A stretch of DNA of 64,000 nt from Rhynchopus sp. YZ270_cl-10 (taxonomy: Eukaryota), in contig OZ037836.1 in NCBI GenBank assembly GCA_964035575.1, positions 744,001 through 808,000 of the forward strand, in the 5' to 3' direction. This document shows positions 11,592 to 25,602 of this stretch, one piece after another. The position numbers were made by a program, and so were the translations under genes. How positions within the stretch are numbered: the stretch's first letter is position 1; each line of letters begins with the position of its first letter. The notes under the pieces are model-generated. The model was given only the letters and a program-made list of their open reading frames with translations. It did no database searches and was not told where the DNA came from.

Positions 11592-14500
11592 CTAATGCAT
11601 CACAATAGGCGTGTGTACGAAGCTCTTTGCCTGCCACGCGTCGCGGAAGCGTTCGTACACATACCCCTCACCCGTTGCAAACAGTGCCTGCGCACCTGCT
11701 TCGAGGCTGTGTTCCTGTGTGTGGTGGTTTGTGTGTGAGGGTGTAACCAGGTCGAGCTGTGTGCTGTGAACAGTTTGGAACTGCAGTACAATCGTCTTCG
11801 GTACCGTAGTAAAGGGTGAAAAAGCTCGAGAGCCCAAAACCGCTAAACCGCAAATTTATTTTTGTATACAACAGACGAAGCGCAACGCGTACAGTTGTAA
11901 GGAAATAATACAAATCGAAATGTAAGCTTCCTTCGGATCGAATGATTGGGATAGTGTGTGTAGTTCGTAAATAAATACTGCTTTTCCATCTCATTCACAG
12001 ATATTCATTGTTTTCCCTTTCATTGCCCTTTGCTTGTGTTTCCCGACTCCAATCCATGTGCGCGGGTTGTTTCACGAAATTTGAGGGAGTTAGATAGTTG
12101 TGTTGAATTGAATTGGAGGAGGGGATGCACCCAATGAAGACCACCATGAAGAGTCCAATAAAGAGAAAAACACGTCGTATAGAAGAGTTCAAGAATGTAG
12201 GTTGTATTATTACGCACACTACCTTGTGAGCGGAAAGTGTCACGTCGTCCACTCACCCAGCCGTGCTCCGCAACACCACCAGCAACAGGTGATATTTAGT
12301 GTGTGTGGAAGCGTCAACGCAGGGGACTCATCCGACCTCCCTGATCCAGAGTGCAAAAGACACTAAAAAAATAAGTTGCAACCTCAAGCCTTCTTAAATC
12401 TGAACATACCTCAAACTGGCCCTTAAATAAAAGCTGTGCAACATTGTTCCACTTCTTCGCAGGGTCTAGCTTGTCTGCCTCCTCCAGCTGGTACATCCAC
12501 TCGTCCCTGCACATCGCATCACGCAGCTTTAGAAGTTCAAACAAACACAACGGCTTCGGAAGCTTCCTGAACGTGACCCCATCAACAATGCGCAATACAA
12601 ACGACGTCTCCACCTCTGCATACACGAACTGGTCCGTAAGCACACCAAACTCACGCTCCCTGCAGTACCGCTCCAGCGCATATGCCCACGAGATTGTGGG
12701 TGACAGGAACGAAAATCTGCGCGTCACAGACGTGCCCATGTTCCCGACACGTCCCTCCCCAGTCACAACTGACGCTGTTATTTCCACACATATTTTCCTC
12801 GCTGCAACACGACACAACTGCGCAGAGTTACATGCATGCAATTGGTGACTTGCCGCGTAAGTCGCAGCGTTGAACGAACACGCGAACCTGTCACCTGTGA
12901 ACGGCTCCGTCACACCCTTCTGCTTCGAGAACACAGCAACGAAGACCTCCAGCAGGTTCGAGTGCAGCTCCAGCACCTCTGTGTCGGTCTTGTTAGAACA
13001 TTGAGCGTGGAAGTCCTTGATGTTCACGACTGTGTACGAGAAGCGTTTCGAGGCAATTGCACACGTGAACATGTTCACTCCCCTCACTTTCCTGAGAGAA
13101 GACTCACCCAGGCACGTAGAATCGGAACACGAAACTCGTGAAGTAATGGACGCAGTCATGCTCATGGCATCGACAGATGCCTCTGTATCGCTACTAAACT
13201 CCGCAAGCTGCACAGACTGCGGCATAAAGCTCTTGTACAGCTTCAGGTTCACAAGCATGTGCCCAATAGCACGGTTCATCGTGCGCAGCTCACTGATGAC
13301 CGACGTCTCGTCAGGAACGGTGCTGATCTTCAGCACCGCTGCCTTGGCCATAAGCACCGCAGTGTCCTCAAACGGACGTGTCAGCACGTTGTTGAAGAGC
13401 ATGAACACCACAACAGACGCCATCACCAGCGCCACCATCACAAGGATCGTTCTGTTCGCCTTCTGCCGCAGTGCCTTGTTCGTGTTCTTCTCAAGAACGT
13501 CCAGATCCTGCAGTGTCCGCATGTTCGTCGCGTCAATCTTCCGCAGAATGTCCTCACGTGGGATCATCGTCGCAACGGTAAAGGGCTCCATCTCTCGTGT
13601 GTCGGAGTTTGTGTCAAACGTCCGTGTCTGCACAAGGAAGGACTTGCTCACGGGGTTGCGTCTCACTTCGTCAGAAGCATGCAGGAAGTGTGGCGTGTCT
13701 GGGAAGTACCTCCGCACAAAGGTCAGGCTGTCGATGCGACCCTTGAAGAACTGTCCCACGTAGAACGGGTTCGAATGCTTGCGTGTCCTGCTTCCCAGCT
13801 CTTCCCTACCACGTGAGTCAGTGCCGCGAGCATGAAGTGTGCCGTTCACGTACAAGCTGCAACGTCCACCACCCATCACAGCTGTCACCGTTGTCCACGC
13901 ACCCACAGGGAAGCCACGTCTCCCAAAGGCATCCACGTAAGGTGCTGTGCTGCACCCGTACTGCAGAACAAACAGATAGATCTGACCGTTCCCAAACAGA
14001 CGGAAGTTCGTCTCCCCCACAAGCGAGTCTGTGAAGAGACGAGGTGTGGTTGCACTTGGTGATGCTTCGTCGTACAGCACATCAGGCCTGATGCGCATGC
14101 TCACCATGAACTCCGTGTAGCGTGTGAAGTCTGGGAGCAGCATGCACTTCAGCACGGAGGCTGTGCTGCTTGAGTTTAGTCGCGAGGCAACACAACGACG
14201 TCCGTCTGCATGCACAAGCTCCGCATCGAACCCGTCGTACTTGCTCTTCCACGGCTCCCCTGCTGCACTCGCACGTGACCGCTCCACAACTGGCGCCTGC
14301 CGTGTCAGGTTCCTGTACACGTACTGCACTGTCGACCCGTCAAACTCAAGCACGTCCTTCCCACGCTGTGTGTCGTGCACAACACAGTTCCCACACCCAC
14401 CGTCACGCACCTCCGTTTCCCAGTGGTGCATGCTCGTGTCCACAGCAGCACCGTTCTCCACACTGAACATTGCGAGTGTGGTGTGCGGCGACTCTATCCA

Positions 14501-17137
14501 GTAATCATCCTGGTCGAACTCCCCGTAGTGCTGCACCCATCTGTCCTCTGCTGGCGTTGCTGCTGCACCCGCGTCCAGGTAACGTGCAAGGCCACTCACA
14601 TGCATCACAGGTGACTCGTCAATGGTGTACAGGGCGTACACATGCCTGATTAGAGGAGTGAACATTTTCGCCACAAATTCTCTGTCTCTTATCATCCCTG
14701 TGTTGAAGCCACCCAGAAGCGCTCTGTCGTGTCTGTCCACCACAAGCACAGTCATGTTCGCCAGGCTTGAGCCTCCAAGCCGTGCTGTGTCAATGGCCAA
14801 GGCAATGAAGTCCTCAAGACTCTCCTGCACAGCAATCGTCCCGTGGTACGGCATTGTGCTGCCCTCCATGTTCGACCCGGTCAGTGCCATGTAGGCAACG
14901 ATTGGTGGTGTTGTGTGCCACGCTACCGAGTGCAGCTGCACACGTCCTGTCTTCCAGATCATCTTCTTGACTCCGAACTGTGTGCCTCGTGTGACTGCGA
15001 GAGGATCGCCACCCAAGTTGCCGATGTACTCAGTGCTTGCGTTGATGGTGAATATGGGATGAACGTACGTGTGCTCCGGGTTTGGTTGCACCTCAGACCC
15101 ACGAAGGTCCTTGTATCCCAGCAGACCATACAGCCAACCATCCTGTGTCTGGTCAATTGTACCAACCACACCGTCTGCTCGTTCCACATCAGGTCTGTTG
15201 TCGTTCTTGATGCATTGTTCACGTGTGCATCCCATGTAGAAGCCACGTGTGGTGAACACACGCACAAAAAACTTGAAGTGTGTCATAAACGAGTTTGTGA
15301 ACATCTCAAAAAACTGTGCCTCGAACTGTGACCAGCTCCCGTCGTAGTCCACACCCACAAAGCCGTTGTGTGTGATCATGACTCTGTCCTCCACTGCATT
15401 GAAGCCCACAGTCAGGCCGTCGAAGATCTTGTCCATCACAATTGTGCGTGTGATGTTCGACAGCTCAATTGTGTTCTCCATCTCACTCATAACCAGTTTG
15501 TCTGCAACCTTCCGCCCGTTCGCCGTTGCTGTGTCTGTTGAGTCCTGCCCTGCAACGTAGACAAGAGAGAACGTCACAAGCGACGTGATCAGCAGCAGCG
15601 ACACACTCACAGCCATGCTTGCCACCTTCAGCGGGATCGCAAACCCAGACACAGCCATCTCCTCAGGCACCTCCACTGCATCACGGCGCTGCTTCACCAC
15701 GATCCCCAACATCACCACTGCAGTCATCACAACCACCACAAGACACACAACCGTCACAGTGTCGGTCAGGTCCAGATCGTCAGACGTGTCCTCCTCCTCA
15801 GCAACAGCCGCTACCTGCAGTGGTGGCGCCGTCATGGGCACAGTGTCCGACCAGTTCCCGTCAGTGAACGTGAGTGCATCAAGTGAGTAGCCAACACCAG
15901 GAATGTGCCTTCCACCACCCCGTGCGATCCACGCCATGAACTGTGCCGTCACCTTGCGTCCCACTGTGTGCACAGGGATCCCGACACGCATTGAGTATGC
16001 CTTCACCTTGTTGTACTCTCGCGAACCGTATGTTGTGCGTGTCATGTACACAAAGGCTGTGACACCACTTGCTTCAGCATACCGTGCTTGATGCACAAAC
16101 GGACAAGCACTTTGGTACGACACAAAGACCATCTTCCCCTTGAGTGACGCAAAGTCCGAAGCAGCACAGCCCCCACGTGGCAGCTCTGTCGTGTACACTG
16201 CTTCGTCCTTCTGTGTCTCAAACGGAAGTGTCCGCACAAGCTGCAGAAGGGTCTCCCTCTTGCGTGGACGCAGGTCGTTCCCCATGACACACACGTGCTC
16301 TGCCTCACCAGGGATCCACATCGCAAGTGGACACTTCTCGCAGATGCGGTCCTGCTGTGCGTTGTCCACCACTTTGCATGTGTCTGCACGGTCCATTTCG
16401 TTGTCGAAGCAGCCGTCCCACGGGTAGGTGTAGTCTTCTGGGTCGTCCAGGTAGTTCGGCGGCAGCTCAGAGCACTCAAACTTGATGTGGCCACGGACCC
16501 TTGCCCCGCTGTTCACAGCTGCTGCAATGTAGTCGGTTTCGTGTCTGTCTGCGTGCAGGAATGGGAAGTTTGCTGCTTTCGTGGTGGTCACACCACCTAT
16601 TGAATAGCGTCTCTCGCTACGGCTGGAGTCGTGCAGAATACCCACAGCGGCACCTTTTTGTTGCAGAAATTGTTGCTTGACAGCGTACTTGCAACCACCA
16701 CGGTACACAAGCGCAATCTTCCCATCGTACACCTTCCCGTCACCCAAGGAGTAGTCACTTGCCTTGCACCCACGATAGCTATTGGACTTGATGCTGTTGT
16801 TCCCCACCACAACAATGTCCATCTCCTTGTTGTTCAGTGGGTGGTATGCATCAATGTGCCCGTCGGGTGACCACGGTTCAATCCTGTTGTCCGTGAGACA
16901 CAGCCACATCTCCGCCACCTCGGGCGGCTCTGTCACGACAAGCCGCACGGGACACTGGTAGTGACAGTAGTCGTACAGCCGCCACGTGGTCTGGTTGCAC
17001 ATGATGTCCTTGCGCCAGCCGTCGTAGATGTAGTCTGTGGGCATCTCGGGGATGAACTTGCGGAGGCAGTCTTCTTTACGCACCGGACACTGCGGCTCTG
17101 CACCCCACGCAAGCAGCACCAGCACTGCTGCCAACAT
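11592..17137 (-). CDS. Receptor-type cyclase-like protein, copy 2; exons 17137-12410 and 11714-11592 (1616 aa)
   Basis: Paralog of copy 1. ATG at 17137, donor GAG|GTATGT at 12409, acceptor ACCACCACACACAG|GAACAC at 11715. The last exon EHSLEAGAQALFATGEGYVYERFRDAWQAKSFVHTPIVMH* is conserved in copies 3 and 4. Confidence 0.87.
11715..12409 (-). other. Phase-0 GT-AG intron of copy 2 (695 nt)
   Basis: GTATGT...CACACAG at the same codon position (FE|EH) as in copies 3 and 4. Confidence 0.85.
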
Positions 17138-17780
17138 TGTGTGCAGACCCTGCACGTGGTGGTGTGTTAGTAATTTAGTGTACGTATTTCCTCTGGATCG
17201 AGATCAACACAACAGCATGCACCATATAACAGGGACGTACGACGATGCACAGCATTGCTTCGTGGACGATTGCGACGGGTCCATACTCACTCACAGGAGG
17301 CCGAAAAGGGACTACACCGGACGAACTCATGTCGCCACCACGCATCGGGGACACCACTGCAGGGTAAAGACATCTGCCACAAAGGTCACAACAGTGGTCA
17401 GGTGCACCAAAACCACGAGTATGAAGAGGAAGCAGGCAAACCCACTACTAGAGCAACTAGAATGAGAATAGCTCCGACACAAAAGACACGCAAATCGAAA
17501 GGGAGGGAGGGGGTACGGTGTTCAATTTCCTTTTGCATTGCATAACATCATAGAAAGGTAAAATGGAGACGCTTATGGGCAGACATGCACACAGCATGTC
17601 ATATAGCGTCCATCAGGCCCTCGAGCTCATTCGAGTCAAAGGCGATGCGTGTGCCGCAGCTATGCTGACAGAAGAAAGCACAGAAGTGCTCTGACCCACC
17701 GTGGAGTGGTGTGGCGTGGGGCTGGAAGCAGTGGGGGAGGGGGAAGAGGGGAGGGGGGGTAGAAACAAACGAGGGCCACA

Positions 17781-20700
17781 CTAATGCATCACAATAGGCG
17801 TGTGTACGAATCTTTTTTCCTGCCACGCGTCGCGGAAGCGTTCGTACACAGGCCCCTCGCCTGTTGCAAACAGTGCCTGCGCATCTGCTTCGAGTCTGTG
17901 TTCCTGTGTGTGGTGGTTTCTGTGTGAGGGTAATGTGTACACTTTGAACAGTTTGGCATTGCAGGAGAATCGACTTCTGAAACTATTTCACTTTTTTTGT
18001 ACCAGGGTTTCATAGACCCTATGACAACCCGAAAGAAAGGACCGTTTTTGGAAACAGAGACTCAAAATACAGCAAAATGGAGTTGCGACCCTTGCCGTCA
18101 TATTTTTAAGACATGTAAAGCGAAATTTCTAAGGTTCCTTCTTCTCCGAACATACCTCAAACTGGCGCTTAAATAAAAGGTGTGTTACATTGTTCCACTT
18201 CTTCGCAGGGTCTAGCTTGTCGGCCTGCTCCAGCTGGTACATCCACTCATCCCTGCACATCGCATCACGCAGCTTTAGAAGTTCAAACAAACACAACGGC
18301 TTCGGAAGCTTCCTGAACGTGACCCCATCAACAATGCGCAACACAAACGACGTCTCCACCTCGGCATACACTACATGGTCCGTAAGCACACCAAACTCAC
18401 GCTCCCTGCAGTACCGCTCCAGCGCATATGCCCACGAGATTGTGGGTGACAGGAACGAAAATCTGCGCATCACAGACGTGCCCATGTTCCCGACACGTCC
18501 CTCCCCAGTCACAACTGACGCTGTCGTGTCCACACCCAGCTTCTTCGCAGTTTCACGGCAGAGATGCGCAGCAGTGCACGCATGCACTCGGTGGTTTGCA
18601 GCGTAAGTCGCAGCGTTGAACGAACACGCGAACCTGTCACCCATAAACGGCTCCGTCACACCCTTCTGCTTCGAGAACACAGCAACGAAGGCCTCCAGCA
18701 GGTTCGAGTGCAGCTCCAGCACCTCTGTGTCGGGCTTGTCCTCGCAGTGTCCGTGGAAGTTCTTGATGTTCACGACTGTGTAGGAGAAGCGTTTGTGCAC
18801 CACTGCACACAGGAACGGGTTCAACGTTCTGTCGAGACGCTTTGACGAATCCTCCTTTTTGTGTGACAACGATGAACGTTCTGAGCGACGTGATCCGGTG
18901 GACCGTGACATACTCAGTTTGTCAGAGACGTCCACATCAGTACTGATATCACCAAGCTGCACAGACTGCGGCATAAAGCTCTTGTACAGCTTCAGGTTCA
19001 CAAGCATGTGCCCAATAGCGTGGTTCATCGTGCGCAGCTCACTGATGACCGACGTCTCGTCAGGAACGGTGCTGATCTTCAACACCGCTGCCTTGGCCAT
19101 AAGCACCGCAGTGTCCTCAAACGGACGTGTCAGCACGTTGTTGAAGAGCATGAACACCACAACAGACGCCATCACCAGCGCCACCATCACAAGGATCGTT
19201 CTGTTCGCCTTCTGCCGCAGTGCCTTGTTCGTGTTCTTCTCAAGAACGTCCAGATCCTGCAGTGTCCGCATGTTCGTCGCGTCGATCTTCCGCAGAATGT
19301 CCTCACGCGGGATCATCGTCGCAACGGTAAAGGGCTCCATCTCTCGTGTGTCGGAGTTTGTGTCAAACGTCCGTGTCTGCACAAGGAAGGACTTGCTCAC
19401 GGGGTTGCGTCTCACGTCGTCAGAAGCATGCAGGAAGTGTGGCGTGTCTGGGAAGTACCTCCGCACAAAGGTCAGGCTGTCGATGCGACCCTTGAAGAAC
19501 TGTCCCACGTAGAACGGGTTCGAATGCTTGCGTGTCCTGCTTCCCAGCTCTTCCCTACCACGTGAGTCAGTGCCGTAAGCATGAAGTGTGCCGTTCACGT
19601 ACAAGCTGCAACGTCCACCACCCATCACAGCTGTCACCGTTGTCCACGCACCCACAGGGAAGCCACGTCTCCCAAAGGCATCCACGTAAGGTGCTGTGCT
19701 GCACCCGTACTGCAGAACAAACAGATAGATCTGCCCGTTCCCAAACAGACGGAAGTTCGTCTCCCCCACAAGCGAGTCTGTGAACAGACGAGGTGTGGTT
19801 GCACTTGGTGATGCTTCGTCGTACAGCACATCAGGCCTGATGCGCATGCTCACCATGAACTCCGTGTAGCGTGTGAAGTCTGGATGCAACATGCAATTTA
19901 GCACGGAGGCTGTGCTGCTTGAGTTAACACGCGAGGCAACACAACGACGTCCGTCTGCATGCACAAGCTCCGCATCGAACCCGTCGTACTTGCTCTTCCA
20001 CGGCTTCCCTGCTGCACTCGCACGTGACCGCTCCACAACTGGCGCCTGCCGTGTCAGGTTCCTGTACACGTACTGCACCGTCGACCCGTCAAACTCAAGC
20101 ACGTCCTTCCCACGCTGTGTGTCGTGCACAACACAGTTCCCACACCCACCGTCACGCACCTCCGTTTCCCAGTGGTGCATGCTCGTGTCCACAGCAGCAC
20201 CGTTCTCCACACTGAACATTGCGAGTGTTGTGTGCGGCGACTCTATCCAGTAATCAGCCTGGTCGAACTCCCCGTAGTGCTGCACCCATCTGTCCTCTGC
20301 TGGTGTTGCTGCTGCACCCGCGTCCAGGTAACGTGCAAGGCCACTCACATGCATCACAGGTGACTCGTCAATGGTGTACAGGGCGTACACATGCCTGATT
20401 AGAGGAGTGAACATTTTCGCCACAAATTCTCTGTCTCTTATCATCCCTGTGTTGAAGCCACCCAGAAGCGCTCTGTCGTGTCTGTCCACCACAAGCACAG
20501 TCATGTTCGCCAGGCTTGAGCCTCCAAGCCGTGCTGTGTCAATGGCCAAGGCAATGAAGTCCTCAAGACTCTCCTGCACAGCAATCGTCCCGTGGTACGG
20601 CATTGTGCTGCCCTCCATGTTCGACCCGGTCAGTGCCATGTAGGCAACAATCGGTGGTGTTGTGTGCCACGCTGCTGTGTACAGCTGCACACGTCCTGTC

Positions 20701-22889
20701 TTCCAGATCACCTTCTTGATCCCGAACTGTGTGCCTCGTGTGACTGCGAGAGGATCGCCACCCAAGTTGCCGATGTACTCAGTGCTTGCGTTGATGGTGA
20801 ATATGGGATGAACGCGCGTGTGTACAGGGTTTGGTTGCACCTCAGACCCAAGAAGTTGCCCGTATCCCAACAGGCCATACAGCCAACCAGCCTGTGTCTG
20901 CTCAACAGTCCCAACCACACCGTCTGCTCGTTCCACGTCAGGTCTGTTGTCCGTCTTCAAACATTCTTCCTGTGTGCATCCCATGTAGAAGCCACGTGTG
21001 GTGAACACACGCACAAAAAACTTGAAGTGTGTCATAAACGAGTTTGTGTACATCTCAAAGAACTGTGCCTCGAACTGTGACCAGCTCCCGTCGTAGTCCA
21101 CACCCACAAAGCCGTTGTGTGTGATCATGACTCTGTCCTCCACTGCATTGAAGCCCACAGTCAGGCCGTCGAAGATCTTGTCCATCACAATTGTGCGTGT
21201 GATGTTCGACAGCTCAATTGTGTTCTCCATATCACTCATAACCAGTTTGGCTGCAACCTTCCGCCCGTTCGCCGTTGCTGTGTCTGTTGAGTCCTGCCCT
21301 GCAACGTAGACAAGAGAGAACGTCACAAGCGACGTGATCAGCAGCAGCGACACACTCACAGCCATGCTTGCCACCTTCAGCGGGATCGCAAACCCAGACA
21401 CAGCCATCTCCTCAGGCACCTCCACTGCATCACGGCGCTGTTTCACCACGATCCCCAACATCACCACTGCAGTCATCACAACCACCACAAGACACACAAC
21501 CGTCACAGTGTCGGTCAGGTCCAGATCGTCAGACGTGTCCTCCTCCTCAGCAACGGCCGCTACCTGCAGTGGTGGCGCCGTCATGGGCACAGTGTCCGAC
21601 CAGTTCCCGTCAGTGAACGTGAGTGCATCAAGTGAGTAGCCAACACCAGGAATGTGCCTTCCACCACCCCGTGCGATCCACGCCATGAACTGTGCCGTCA
21701 CCTTGCGTCCCACTGTGTGCACAGGGATCCCGACACGCATTGAGAATGCCTTCACCTTGTTGTACTCTCGCGAACCGTATGTTGTGAGTGTAACGTACAC
21801 AAAGGCTGTGACACCACTTTGTTCAGCGTTCCGTACCTGGTGCACAACCGGACAAGCACTTTGGTACGACACAAAGACCATCTTCCCCTTGAGTGACAGA
21901 AAGTCCGAAGCAGCACAGCCCCCACGTGGCAGCTCTGTCGTGTACACTGCTTCGTCCTTCTGTGTCTCAAACGGAAGTGTCCGCACAAGCTGCAGAAGGG
22001 TCTCCCTCTTGCGTGGACGCAGGTCGTTCCCCATGACACACACGTGCTCTGCCTCACCAGGGATCCACATCGCAAGTGGACACTTCTCGCAGATGCGGTC
22101 CTGCTGTGCGTTGTCCACCACTTTGCATGTGTCTGCACGGTCCATTTCGTTGTCGAAGCAGCCGTCCCACGGGTAGGTGTAGTCTTCTGGGTCGTCCAGG
22201 TAGTTCGGCGGCAGCTCAGAGCACTCAAACTTGATGTGGCCACGGACCCTTGCCCCGCTGTTCACAGCTGCTGCAATGTAGTCGGTTTCGTGTCTGTCTG
22301 CGTGCAGGAATGGGAAGTTTGCTGCTTTCGTGGTGGTCACACCACCCAGTGAAGGACGCCTTTCGGTGCGGCTGGAGTCATGCAGAATACCCACAGCAGC
22401 ACCTTTTTGTTGCAGAAATTGTTGCTTCACAGCGTACCTGCAACCACCACGGTACACAAGCGCAATCTTCCCATCGTACACCTTCCCGTCACCCAAGGAG
22501 TAGTCACTTGCCTTGCACCCAAGGTTGCTTTTCGACTGGATGCTGTTGTTCCCCACCACAACAATGTCCATCTCCTTGTTGTTCAGTGGGTGGTATGCAT
22601 CAATGTGCCCGTCGGGTGTCCACGGCTCGAACTTGTTGTCCGTGAGACACAGCCACATCCCTGCCACCTCGGGCGGCTCTGTCACGACAAGCCGCACGGG
22701 ACACTGGTAGTAGCAGTAGTCGTACAGCCGCCACGTGGTCCGGTTGCACATGATGTCCTTCCGCCAGCCGTTGTAAACGTATTCTGTGGGCATCTCGGGG
22801 ATGAACTTGCGGAGGCAGTCTTCTTTGAGCACTGGACACTGCGGCTCTGCACCCCACGCAAGCAGCACCAGCACTGCTGCTGCCAACAT
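17781..22889 (-). CDS. Receptor-type cyclase-like protein, copy 3; exons 22889-18156 and 17903-17781 (1618 aa)
   Basis: Paralog. Donor GT at 18155, acceptor CACACACAG at 17904, last exon EHRLEADAQALFATGEGPVYERFRDAWQEKRFVHTPIVMH*. Confidence 0.87.
17904..18155 (-). other. Phase-0 GT-AG intron of copy 3 (252 nt)
   Basis: GTATGT...CACACAG at the conserved position. Confidence 0.85.
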
Positions 22890-23433
22890 TGTGTGCAGAC
22901 CCTAACGGAGAGGTGTGTGTTTGATAACGAGTTTAGAGTGGGGGACGCCTGAACGGCGTGTAGGACACTTGTCACTTCACTAGCCCACTGAGGGGAGGCT
23001 TATGGATATGGTGGAGGTGAGTCCTTACGAATAAGCACGAGGCACTTAACATCATCGAAAAGTTGTGGGGAATGAGGGTGTGTGTGTTTGATAACTAGTA
23101 GGGGTAGTTCTTTGCACAGAATATGGCCGCAGAGGGTGTGTGGAGGCAGAAACAAAAGTGTGGCGTGCAATACAAAAGCCCTCTCGGGGCAAATGTACCT
23201 TCATGCATGCACTGCACTATTCGGAATCAAAAACCAAATTTGAAATTGAGTTAACCTTTTTTGGGCGACTTTTGCGTGCAGACCCAGTCCTCGGTCCGGG
23301 TTTGCGGGTGAAAACCCCCTTAGTGTCGTTCGTAGAGGCTCGGACGGGTGGTCGATGATACAATAGTGGAAACCTTATTGGGAACCTGAAAAAATCAAAA
23401 AAGGGAAATAGACTTTTTATGGTCACCTTGATA

Positions 23434-24053
23434 CAGGGGTTAAGTTAGCTTTTTTTTCTCGCTGAGTCGGGTTTTCTGGGTTTTTTTCGGGTTTTCTGGA
23501 TTTTGCGAAAAATAACCCATTCCCTCCGCGAGCGCAGCGAGCGGGAAAATTTTTAAGGTGCACCTCCGCGAGCGTAGCGAGCGAAAAATTTTTTTCGCAA
23601 TTTTTGGGCAAAGTTCAAAAATCCCACCAAAAAGTGGGGGACCCTGGGGGTTTTTGGATTTGTCCTAACAATTTTGGAGCATAAATTTGAAGAACAGGAC
23701 TGGTGTACCCCTCACCGACCTCAGTTCCCACGTCCTGCCTCACCCGCACTCTCGCAACACTAGTACTGAACCCGAAGTTCGCCAGAGATCCCTGTTCATG
23801 CCTCTTCATATGAATAATTCCCAGTTCTGACGGGGGGTTTGCTTGGGTCGGGAGGATTTTTTTTTCTTAGAGGGTGGGGTGGGAGGGGGCTCCGCCCCCA
23901 CCCCTACCCCACCTTCCCAGCCTACACCACCCAAAAATTTGGATTTTTTTTTTTTTTCCAGATTCCATTTTTTTTTTTTTTTTTTTTTGAAAAACCCGAA
24001 AACCCGAAAACCGGGTTTTGAAAACCCAGAAACCCGCCCTAACTTAACCCCTG
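23434..24053. mobile_element. hAT-like MITE, 8-bp TSD CCTTGATA
   Basis: TIR CAGGGGTTAAGTTAG, with CCTTGATA at 23426-23433 and 24054-24061. Confidence 0.85.
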
Positions 24054-24799
24054 CCTTGATAACTAGACTAGGAAAGAGAAGATTATTGGTGTGGCTGACG
24101 ACCCCAAATATAGCAGAAAGTGGCAGAAAATAGCACAAAAATAGCACCCCCCCCTTCAGCTACACCAATTATTGTTCGTTAAACGCAGCCAAAATAGTAT
24201 ATCTGAATTTGACGCAAGTGGCTTAACGGGAAGGAACAAAATAGTCAGTATCAGGTGACCAAAACGGCCATAGTATTCCGTTCTAATAACACTGTGTAGG
24301 GGAGGTGGAAGAGAAGCTTAGAAGATGAACCTAAGCAGTCACCTGAGGCAGTAACGCACACACACACAAAAAGGAGAAGTTGAAAGTGCAAGTGCCTCAC
24401 TGTTCGGACACAGGCACTGAAAAAGAAAAACCCCCCCCTCCGTTTCTCTTTGCAAGACAAATATGCCTTTCCAGTCTGCACTGCATTCAGCAGGGCAGAG
24501 GTTTGCCTCCCTGAGGACTACAGAACAGGCTTAGCATTCCGGAAGGGGGGAAAACAGACGCAAAATTATTACGCATCCACTTGCCGTTTGGATAAGGAAA
24601 ACTAAGGATGAAAGGGGGTTTGGGGGGGGAAGAGTTTAATCCTTGAACGCATTCCCCTCAGTCACACCCCCCGAAAGGCGAATATATGCCTCTTCTGTCT
24701 GCAGCGCGGATCGGGGAGGCCAAAAAAAATTTTTGACATAGACAAAACTATGGCCAGACTTTGTCCATGGTTGAAGGCCTGTTTCGGAGATAGAATTAT

Positions 24800-25116
24800 A
24801 CTTTTTTTTTCCCCCTTCAAAACTTCACACATAACGCTTTGGTTTTTTTGGGAGACACACAAGGTGCCGGGTTTTGTGATATGCACCTGTTTGTCATATT
24901 ATTTCCCATGCAATACATGGAAAAACGTTTCGCACTCGATACTAGGGGCAAATCTTTTTAATAAAAATTAGCGAACACAAAAAACCAGCGTGGAAAACGT
25001 GAAGAGAGGGATTGATTTTGTTCTGACGTGGTGTTTTACGTTTTTGGGTACGGCGGGAGAATAAAATCTGTTCGAGAAAAAGTAACGCGAGCGTATTTTT
25101 TCATTTTTTTCATTCA
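24800..25116 (-). mobile_element. Short non-autonomous derivative of the YR retrotransposon (diverged B repeat joined directly to A repeat)
   Basis: Aligns by eye to 56795-56962 (ccttcaaaacttcacac...actaggg) followed by 63750-63919 (ttttt.ataaaa.tta...gggtacgg..ggagaataaaatctgttcg...ttca). Confidence 0.8.
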
Positions 25117-25187
25117 CAAAAAAAAAAAAACTGGAAGACGGAGCACAGGGGACACAAGGACATATCCACCTAACTAGTAAATGCTCA

Positions 25188-25332
25188 CACGGTGGCCAGT
25201 TTTGAAGCAGGAGAGCGTCAAAAAAAAAATTGCCATTCTTCTGGGAGATCATACACTCTCCCTGTGAAAGCAATGCCCAACCAGCATTTTCGTCCACTTT
25301 TGACGTTCTCCCACATCAACCTGGCCACCGTG
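25188..25332. mobile_element. CMC/EnSpm-like MITE, copy 2 (TSD CA)
   Basis: Same termini and internal sequence as 10034-10186. Confidence 0.75.
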
Positions 25333-25602
25333 CACACAGAGCAGCACGACTAAACCAGCAACCTACTGGCATAACAGACTGTAGAAACAGCGACACAGCT
25401 GGCTAGTCAGGGGGGCTGTTCAGTAGTGCTGTGTAGCACTCCTCGTTGCGACTAGAAGAGTTCCACCTGTAGTCCCCCTGACTAACCAGCCGTGGATCCA
25501 AGAAACATAGGTGGGTATTGTTAGAAAAGAAATAAATAGGTGGGGGAGTGGGGCTGGGAGGGGGAGGGTTTCAAGTAATAATAGAAACCAATTTCTTTTT
25601 AA

